Below, in pieces: positions 56,266-64,000 of a stretch of DNA of 64,000 nt. The notes below the pieces were generated by a model. The model was given only the letters and a program-made list of their open reading frames with translations, had not been told where the DNA came from and made no database searches. The translations under genes and the position numbers were made by a program. The stretch is taken from assembly GCA_020184695.1 (NCBI GenBank), contig JAANOX010000093.1:62001-126000 (forward strand), written 5' to 3'. Origin of the DNA: Histomonas meleagridis 2922-C6/04-290x. Lineage: Eukaryota; Protista; Parabasalia. Each line of letters opens with the position of its first letter. The first letter of the stretch is position 1.

Positions 56266-57796
56266 ACAACAAAATTTTTCGATTTAATATATGAAACTTG
56301 ATCAAAAAATTAGTGATTAATATGTAAGTCACAAAGCCCACAAACTCAGTGAAATTGGCCGTAACTTTTTGATTATTTAAATGGCCATATATAATAAATG
56401 TCGTTTTACTTCAATCAAATTTGTATGCATTTTATTGGTATAGGAAGCCAAATAAATGCTCAAATGCTCATCAATTCATTCAAAATCCAACCATAATAAT
56501 AGAAAAACCTTTATCAACAACAAAACGATACGTATCACCCGGGCGACCGTTCATTCGTAATCGTTTTACCAAGATTTAAATGTAAATTGAATTAAAAGTG
56601 ATGTTTGGGGCTTAAGACATCTAGGCAATGTCAACCCTAATCTGTTAATGGATTAGAACGGTTCTTCATCGTCACAAAATAAACGGTTTCTATTTATATC
56701 GTTATTGGGTACCCCATGTATCACTTTTCTTTAACCTCAAAAATTTTCTTGTAGGTCATTAAGGACAAGCTGAGTATATAGCTACATATAGCCAGAAACG
56801 TTTTTAAATAAACTCTTTTATTGCCACCTGAAATTCTAAAAATATGGCAAGCACGTATGCAAAAAAATGTGCTAAAAAGTGACTTTTTTCACCACAAAAA
56901 ACTCTATCGGAGCAGTTATTATCGTGATCACAAAAAGTTGTTTTAATATAAAAGTGACTTTTTTCATTCTTCACCTAAAACATAATAAAATGGAGAACGT
57001 TAAGTCACTTCACGTTTTCATAAATAAAATTCCATTAAGGATGTATTGAACATGCGTGCCAATCGATGTAACGTGGTTTTTCCCGCAAAAATTTTAATTT
57101 GCATAAAATACTCCATGTGCCATTCGAATCTAGGACCATTTTGAAGAAAAAAAAAACGTTGAAAAAACGTTAAAAAACGTTGATAGAGAACAGTTCATTT
57201 GTCAATTTTTGAATAAGTTTTTGCGTTTTTGGATTTGCTTCACGCATGTTTTGATTCGAAAAGATTGCTTGTTAATACACTGGTAATCAATGTAGGTATC
57301 ATTACGCCGATTTTACAAATGTAAAAATAGGTTGTTACTTATTGGAGATAACTTTTGCAAAAGTAAAGGACATTCAATGGTGTTCAAAAAAATCTCATTC
57401 AAAAAGTAAGTATAAACTTCACGAAATTGTATTCTGAGATTATCGTACATCAAGGTGAAGGTGATGGATTTTGGATAATAATCAATAAGAAAAAGGATTT
57501 TCAGAAAAAATAATTTAAAAAAAATTTTCATTTCGCCTGCTTTTCCTTCATTGTTGTATGAGTATAATATAAAAAACCAATAACAGATGTAAAATCAATG
57601 AAGAAATTAATATTAAAAATTTTTGGATAAATAAATTTTAGATAACCCACAATGTTGTTTGTTCTTGGGTATGTTGATCGAGTTGAAATTTTAGTTTTCT
57701 TTATGGATGGAGAAAAAAAATACCATTAATCTACCACTTTTCAATCAAACGATTTGTCAATCAACCACTTTTCAATAGGAAACCACAAACAAAAAA

Positions 57797-60700
57797 ATGA
57801 GTGGCTTTGAGAACTTTGCGACATGCATTTCAAGGTACAAAATCAAAGAACTTTCTGAAATTATACCCGAAGAGAAAGTATCCTCTATTCTTGACTTAAG
57901 TGGGTTTTATATCCAACGAACAAAAATACATTTGCAAAGACTCCTTCCTGTGCTTCAAATGATTCACGAATTGATTCCTAAGGTAGTAGAAGGTCCCCAA
58001 ACTATGATATCATCATATTATAAGAGGATTACATGCTTGGCAGGAAATCTTAAAAATTCAGCAGCTGAGCAGGATAAATTATTACCTCCAGAACTTGCGT
58101 GTTTTGGTATTGTTTCAGAAGCGTTCGGTTATTTAGGTCAATTCCACGAATATATCCCAAAATTAATTTCTCAATCAGAATCAACTAAAATGGCTTCATA
58201 CGTTCCTGCTTTACTGGAATCTCTTGAAACAGTTTCAGCAACATTCAAAAAGGCTCTAGACTTGATTCCAAAATGTGAGCAATATTCAATGGAAAAGTCA
58301 CCAAAAGTTGATCTTACTCAACATCCTTATGCTCATACTGCAGCGGCTATTATCAATATCACCGAAAATTCAGTTGTAGATTTCAATTTCTTACTTCAAA
58401 ATGATTCAATTCAATCATCACCTCAACACCAACAATTACTCCAAATGTGGGCAGGATTTCTTTTCCAGTTTACTGACGCCGTTTTTTCACAAGCTTTACA
58501 AGATTCATCAACTATTAATGCAGTTTTATCAACTCTTTCTGCCATAACTCCAAACCTAATCTCAACGGTTGCTTCTATACAAAGCTTTGCCGAAAGCTCA
58601 GATGAGCTTGCTTCAATTGCTGTCAATGCAATCATTTTAACAAATCTCTTAAATGTTATTGAATCAGCAGAATCAATGGCATCTGTGAAATCCATAATCA
58701 CGAAAGCACTTTCTGCATATAGCAATACAGAAGATATGAACACATATTCCGAAGACCTCAACAAAATGCTTGACTCATTTACAAAAAGTGCCAACAGTTT
58801 TGATCCTTTAATTGTCAAAACCGCCCAAGCAACGATATCAGACAAAATCAAAAATGGTAAAGAGAATCCAAAACTTGCAGCCATTTCAGCCTTCCAAATT
58901 GTTCGTTCATTTTTACAAACGACATCTGATTCTGAAACAAGTGAATTTCTTTTAATTCAAACAGCGATATTTGAGAACCAAATTGTCCGTAGCTTACTTC
59001 AAAGATCACACCAAATCTCTAAAGGCATCAAGCAGTTATATGAATCCAATTTAATTGAATTCAATGAGCAAGCATTAGGTCAAATTAATTACTTCACTAC
59101 AATTCTTCTTTCTATTCCCGACATTTCTACTGATGATCCAAATTACCAAATCTTAGTTAAATGTATTGCAGGATGTATAACATCAATTCCAATTGCACTT
59201 GGCAGTTTAAAGGAAGAATGTGCAAATGAAGAATTACAAAAGACAATTGATGAATATATCAAATTATCTGAAGAAATATCTGATGAATTCCTTAAGTTAT
59301 CACATGAACTTATAATGTGTATCATGACTGTCGTTATAATGCGTGCAAGTGTTGCAAGCACAACATTATCATTCCTTAAGATGTCAAACATAAAACTTCC
59401 AGATGAAATTAATGAAATTTCAAACACATTACGTCTTTTATTGAAAGAAATTCCACAACTTTTATTATGCGACTTACAAAAAGCAATGTCAATTAAAGAT
59501 TGTTTAGTACAATTATCATTATCAATTGGTAGTTTTAGAGAATCATTGAAATCAATTTCATCTGATTCACCACTTATTAAAATAGCTGAATCATCAATCT
59601 CAATATTCACTAAACCAATTCCTTCACTTACAAGTTCATTAAATCTTTATTTAGACTTCCAAAGAAGTGATACTTTTGTATCTGCTTTAGTAGGTTTAAT
59701 TTCAGCATCATATAAAAACATTCAAAATTCGCCACATGAAATTGAACAAAAGCCAGAATCAACAATTGATAAATTGGCTACATCATTCTCACAATTAGCT
59801 ACAGCATTTGGAATGGCCGAAAAAGCAGGACAAGAAGGAGAATCTGTTTCAAGTATCTCACAAGCAGCAAAGCAAACTATGGATTCTATTTGGAAATTAT
59901 GCGTTGATTTAGCTAATGGTAATCCAGTTGATATAGCACAATTAAAGCAATATCTTCAAGTTCTAAATGATGTTTTAAGTAATGTCGTAAATTCACATAA
60001 ATTACGTATGCCATCAATCGAATGCGATATGCCTGAAGAAATTAAACAACTTAAGAAATATGAAGCAATTGCAAATTCACTTGCACCTCCTCTGAAAGAT
60101 GTTGCAACCGATTTATTAAAGAAACATAAGAAAATGGATGATCCATTCTCGAAAGATATACTTAAGAATTGGTTTGAAACTGTTAATGAAGAATTTGATG
60201 CTAATTCAGCACCTGATGAATTTGCTAAAAGTATATCTGATATGCTACGAAATGATAGTCCTACACAAGATCAAATTAACGCATTTATGAAAGATTTCTC
60301 AAAGATGTCTGTTGCCATATTTAATGAACATTATGGAGAACCTTATGACAGTATGATACGAAAATGTCATGATGATATCATTGATTTAATACAAAAATTC
60401 TATAAATCTGGATTCAAAGATAAATCAGCATTATTAGAAATGTATGCTAAATTGCAACAAATTATTGCTATTAAGAAATTATTATTACTATCTGAAAATG
60501 AAAGAAATGAATTATACAAACAAGATTTAGAAAGATTATTAAAGTATTTACATACTGTACGTTCTAAAACAACCGATTCTACTTATGATGAAATAGGTGA
60601 AACTTTAAGATTATTAAAAGAAGTTGAAATGTTATTATTTATGAATGGTACTAAAGCTGAAGAACTTGAAAAGATGCTTAGTGATTTATATAAGACTTTA

Positions 60701-62791
60701 ACTAATAAAGAATTTAACTTTGATATCATAACAGAAGCAATTCGTTCATTTACTGAAAAGCATTTACTTGAAAATCCAAATACATTTAATTCAATTAAAA
60801 CAGTTAAAGATAATAATGTTTTACTTGATATGATTTATAATAAAGCAGAAAACTTTAGAAAAGAAGGAACATCAATATTAAAGTCAATTAAAAGTAAAGA
60901 TAAAACTACACAAGAAATACTTATTAAGACACTTCGTAATATGGGTAAATATTCATTTGAAGGTTCAGCAATTGCATTTCATTCTTTAGATATTGCAGGT
61001 TTACAAGAAACAATTAATAGTAAATCTTCAATTCGTGCATTTGTTAAAATCCTTTCAACATTTTCTAAGTTTTCACCTATCGTACGTAAATTATTATCTG
61101 ATAAAGAAGAAAATATTGGAATGGACTTAAGAAAGATGATACGTAAAATGGCCAAACAATTCGATGCATTAATCAATCTTGTCGAATCACCTCAAAAACC
61201 AAACGATGAATTATCAGAATTTGATAAACTTCGTTTAAAGATGTTATCTGATTTAGTTAATATTTCATATTCAATTGATGGATTAAATTGTTTAGCTACA
61301 AATGCAATTGTACCTGAAATGTATGAAGAAGAGAAAAATATAATTCTCGAAGAACTTAAAAAACATCGAAGTGAATTTGAAGCATCTTCTAAAGAAGTAA
61401 TTGATAGAGCTGTCTGTGAAACCAAAGATGAATTCCAAGAATTAATTAATCAATTTTACACAGAATTAGACGTATTAAATGAAAAAGCAAATAATGTTAA
61501 CTTCCTTGATGAATTCCCAGCTCAACCAGTATTAGATGAAAGTGAAAAAGTTTGTTCATTAATATCTAAAATTACTAAAGTTGCACAATCACTTATCGAT
61601 CATATTATCATTCAACCAGATCCAACGTCAGCAGCATTATTGCCAGATGATTTCATAATACCAGAACCACCTGAAACAGCACCATCATTACAAGAGGCAT
61701 TTGATTTATTAAAACAAGCATATGCGAAGATGAATGGCGATATTAAAACATTCGAAAATGGAATAGCTGATCCATATGCATTAAGTGAAACATTATTAAG
61801 TTGTATTAATACATTAAAACTTAATTCTGATGATTTCGTCGGTACAGCATTAACAGTATCAGTAGCAACTAAAGACCCATTAAAACAAGTCGAACAACAT
61901 ACAGCTATACATGCATTTTCTAATGCATTTAATGCTGTACGTGATGCATTACGTTCGAGGTTAATGCGTGCATCAGAATTTGGCGAAGAAATGGATGATG
62001 CATTAGCAAATATGAGAGCATGTCTTGAAAGAGTTATGGAAATAGCAGAGGAATCATTACGTAGTGAACAAGAAGCACTTCTACAACAACAAAATCAAGC
62101 TGAAGAAGACGATTCAAATGATGATGAAGTTACACGTGCATTAAAGAGCACTGCAAACTCAATCCAAGAAATGACTGATAGACTTAAACAATTCAGTGAA
62201 CAAATAGATAGCAGTGTGGATATGTCCAATATCGATATAGATAATATTGATGCTGATTCATTACCTGCTTATGTTATATCTGAAGCTAATCCAATTCTTG
62301 AAGCTACAAGGAAAATCGTTATCAGAGCACAAGAAATTACTGCTGAAAGAGTTGCTAACTTCGGAAGGATTCAAAACGAAGGTTTACTCATTAATTCTGC
62401 ACGTGATTTATCTGAAGCTGCTGCATTGCTAATTATTTCCGCTGAAATTTTAATTGCTGGCGAAGATAAAGAGGCTAATTGGAAGGTGATCTCTGCTGCA
62501 AGAATAGTAAAGGCTTCAGTGAGTGGTCTCGTTGCTCAAGTGCTTGTGGATGGTGGTGATCCAGAAAATATTATGCAACAACAAATTAAAGTGGTACAAA
62601 TCCATACTGATAATATCGTTAAAAGAGCGTTGATGATAATTAAGGATAAAATGGACGCTGAAGAAGCACAAATTAAGCAAAGTCCTTCGCTAATGATTAG
62701 AAAGCTGAACCTGCAAAATAGAATTAATAACGTAAGAAAGGAATTGGAGAGTGAAGAAAAGGTTTTGTACCAGTTCAGAAAGAGATTTTAA
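57797..62791 (+). CDS. large all-helical protein with C-terminal I/LWEQ (talin/Sla2-type actin-binding) domain
   Basis: 1664 aa. The C-terminus LINSARDLSEAAALLI…VISAARIVKASVSGLV…LNLQNRINNVRKELESEEKVLYQFRK matches the I/LWEQ pattern and terminal dimerisation helix. Confidence 0.7.
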   Translation: MSGFENFATCISRYKIKELSEIIPEEKVSSILDLSGFYIQRTKIHLQRLLPVLQMIHELIPKVVEGPQTMISSYYKRITCLAGNLKNSAAEQDKLLPPELACFGIVSEAFGYLGQFHEYIPKLISQSESTKMASYVPALLESLETVSATFKKALDLIPKCEQYSMEKSPKVDLTQHPYAHTAAAIINITENSVVDFNFLLQNDSIQSSPQHQQLLQMWAGFLFQFTDAVFSQALQDSSTINAVLSTLSAITPNLISTVASIQSFAESSDELASIAVNAIILTNLLNVIESAESMASVKSIITKALSAYSNTEDMNTYSEDLNKMLDSFTKSANSFDPLIVKTAQATISDKIKNGKENPKLAAISAFQIVRSFLQTTSDSETSEFLLIQTAIFENQIVRSLLQRSHQISKGIKQLYESNLIEFNEQALGQINYFTTILLSIPDISTDDPNYQILVKCIAGCITSIPIALGSLKEECANEELQKTIDEYIKLSEEISDEFLKLSHELIMCIMTVVIMRASVASTTLSFLKMSNIKLPDEINEISNTLRLLLKEIPQLLLCDLQKAMSIKDCLVQLSLSIGSFRESLKSISSDSPLIKIAESSISIFTKPIPSLTSSLNLYLDFQRSDTFVSALVGLISASYKNIQNSPHEIEQKPESTIDKLATSFSQLATAFGMAEKAGQEGESVSSISQAAKQTMDSIWKLCVDLANGNPVDIAQLKQYLQVLNDVLSNVVNSHKLRMPSIECDMPEEIKQLKKYEAIANSLAPPLKDVATDLLKKHKKMDDPFSKDILKNWFETVNEEFDANSAPDEFAKSISDMLRNDSPTQDQINAFMKDFSKMSVAIFNEHYGEPYDSMIRKCHDDIIDLIQKFYKSGFKDKSALLEMYAKLQQIIAIKKLLLLSENERNELYKQDLERLLKYLHTVRSKTTDSTYDEIGETLRLLKEVEMLLFMNGTKAEELEKMLSDLYKTLTNKEFNFDIITEAIRSFTEKHLLENPNTFNSIKTVKDNNVLLDMIYNKAENFRKEGTSILKSIKSKDKTTQEILIKTLRNMGKYSFEGSAIAFHSLDIAGLQETINSKSSIRAFVKILSTFSKFSPIVRKLLSDKEENIGMDLRKMIRKMAKQFDALINLVESPQKPNDELSEFDKLRLKMLSDLVNISYSIDGLNCLATNAIVPEMYEEEKNIILEELKKHRSEFEASSKEVIDRAVCETKDEFQELINQFYTELDVLNEKANNVNFLDEFPAQPVLDESEKVCSLISKITKVAQSLIDHIIIQPDPTSAALLPDDFIIPEPPETAPSLQEAFDLLKQAYAKMNGDIKTFENGIADPYALSETLLSCINTLKLNSDDFVGTALTVSVATKDPLKQVEQHTAIHAFSNAFNAVRDALRSRLMRASEFGEEMDDALANMRACLERVMEIAEESLRSEQEALLQQQNQAEEDDSNDDEVTRALKSTANSIQEMTDRLKQFSEQIDSSVDMSNIDIDNIDADSLPAYVISEANPILEATRKIVIRAQEITAERVANFGRIQNEGLLINSARDLSEAAALLIISAEILIAGEDKEANWKVISAARIVKASVSGLVAQVLVDGGDPENIMQQQIKVVQIHTDNIVKRALMIIKDKMDAEEAQIKQSPSLMIRKLNLQNRINNVRKELESEEKVLYQFRKRF

Positions 62792-63136
62792 GTAAAATCA
62801 TGACTCCGATTTCTTGATTAATTTTTTAAGAATAAATACTCAATTTAAATGTTGTTAAATTTACTGATTATGTCTAGACATTTGGAGATTTTTGGATTGA
62901 AGCATTGACACTTGTAAATTAAAGAGAAATTTATAATTTTTTGTAAAACATTTCATATTGTATTGTTACAAAAATTGCTGATTAAAAATATCTTTTGTGT
63001 ATGTTGGCATCGTATAACTAAATTAATTTATAAAGTAAAACAAAAGAAATATCTTAAAAAAATTAACTAAAAAAAACATTAATATTTATATATAATTTAT
63101 AACATTTTATAAAATTTCTATTTTTATTACAAAAAA

Positions 63137-63940
63137 TTATTCCGGTGAAAATTGGAAATTGTCACAAAAGAACGCATCTGGATTGAACACATCTTCATCG
63201 TTTGTAAATGAAGAAACTGATGTCGACGTTGATGTTGAGTTAGAGATGGATCTGTTGCAAGCAGGTGAACCTGCAATTGCATATTTCAGACGATGTATTT
63301 GTACAAAGAGATCTGAACGACGAACAAGTTCATGAGATATACACATTTTGGTAATTGGAAGACCATTATGCTTTGATAAACAAAGAAACCAACTAAGTTC
63401 TTCAACGGTTGCACCTTCAGGAAAAAAGTTGAATGCAAAAACTAGAGCTTGTTCAATATTATCAAATTCGGATGCAACAGGTTGTGGTTGATTACTAAAC
63501 CAAATGCACCCAGAAGGAAGCTGAGTAAATTCATTGGAGTGAACAGCAAGAACACGCTCAATAATAGTAACATCTGCTCCTGGCAAATTTATAGCTGATA
63601 CAAGTTGCTCAAGTGAAAGCGGTCCAGATTGTGAAAGCAATTGTTCAACGGTGACTGCAATTGCAGCATCACATTGAAATAACGGATTATTTGGCCGAAG
63701 AGCCCATGTCTTATTATGTGAATTACCTGCTCGAACGAATAAATCAGAGGAGTCTAGTGCATTTGCGATCATTCTTTTTGTTAAGGTTTTTGCTGGAATT
63801 GTCTCTTTTTTTAATGTCTGGAATGTAAAATTGTTATCTTGAATAAATAAAAATATTCGATCAACACTTAGTAACGATGTCTGAAGTTGCTGAAAAATAT
63901 TTAAAATGAGCAAAGGAAGAGACTCAAAAGTCTTCTCCAT
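63137..63940 (-). CDS. hypothetical protein, paralog of 41769-42740
   Basis: Same motifs; ends FNPDAFFCDNFQFSPE, compared with FDPVNFFGNDFQFSFD in the paralog. Confidence 0.65.
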   Translation of the reverse strand: MEKTFESLPLLILNIFQQLQTSLLSVDRIFLFIQDNNFTFQTLKKETIPAKTLTKRMIANALDSSDLFVRAGNSHNKTWALRPNNPLFQCDAAIAVTVEQLLSQSGPLSLEQLVSAINLPGADVTIIERVLAVHSNEFTQLPSGCIWFSNQPQPVASEFDNIEQALVFAFNFFPEGATVEELSWFLCLSKHNGLPITKMCISHELVRRSDLFVQIHRLKYAIAGSPACNRSISNSTSTSTSVSSFTNDEDVFNPDAFFCDNFQFSPE

Positions 63941-64000
63941 TGTCAAATTTGTTCTTTTGTATTGAACGACTTTATTCAAAATTTAACTTGAGGCATAAAA

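Overview
Very AT-rich, gene-dense eukaryotic DNA that looks parabasalid (Trichomonas/Tritrichomonas-like). This is inferred from BspA-like LRR genes, DUF3447-like/ankyrin genes, TCAYT initiator-like motifs and the absence of canonical GT-AG introns in the housekeeping genes. Ordinary genes include a VPS9 protein, RRM protein, OSTC/DC2, USP, MyTH4-RhoGAP, fibrillarin, actin, sirtuin, histones H4/H3, ALG14, a thioredoxin-fold protein, a metallophosphoesterase, two kinases and an I/LWEQ protein. The main discovery is in the DUF3447-like/ankyrin genes at about 6.5-9.6, 23.0-24.7, 44.0-46.9 and 47.9-51.0 kb, plus a remnant at 55.5 kb. Each 30-codon ankyrin block is separated from the next by an 80-nt stretch that parses as four repeats of [17-nt AT-rich spacer + one codon]. 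Dropping the 17-mers rebuilds the canonical D/N-x-x-G-x-T-A/P-L hairpin loop and gives complete 718-aa and 796-aa ORFs. More than 130 such 17-nt, non-GT-AG, phase-0 elements are present. Their length is conserved although their sequence diverges, and some copies have lost exactly one element. This suggests an undescribed micro-intron, RNA-processing or ribosome-skipping system; the mechanism is inference and needs RNA and proteomic tests. Many single-base indels in homopolymers (actin, alpha-actinin and others) suggest uncorrected long-read errors or pseudogenes. I did not recognise any rRNA, tRNA or CRISPR array.
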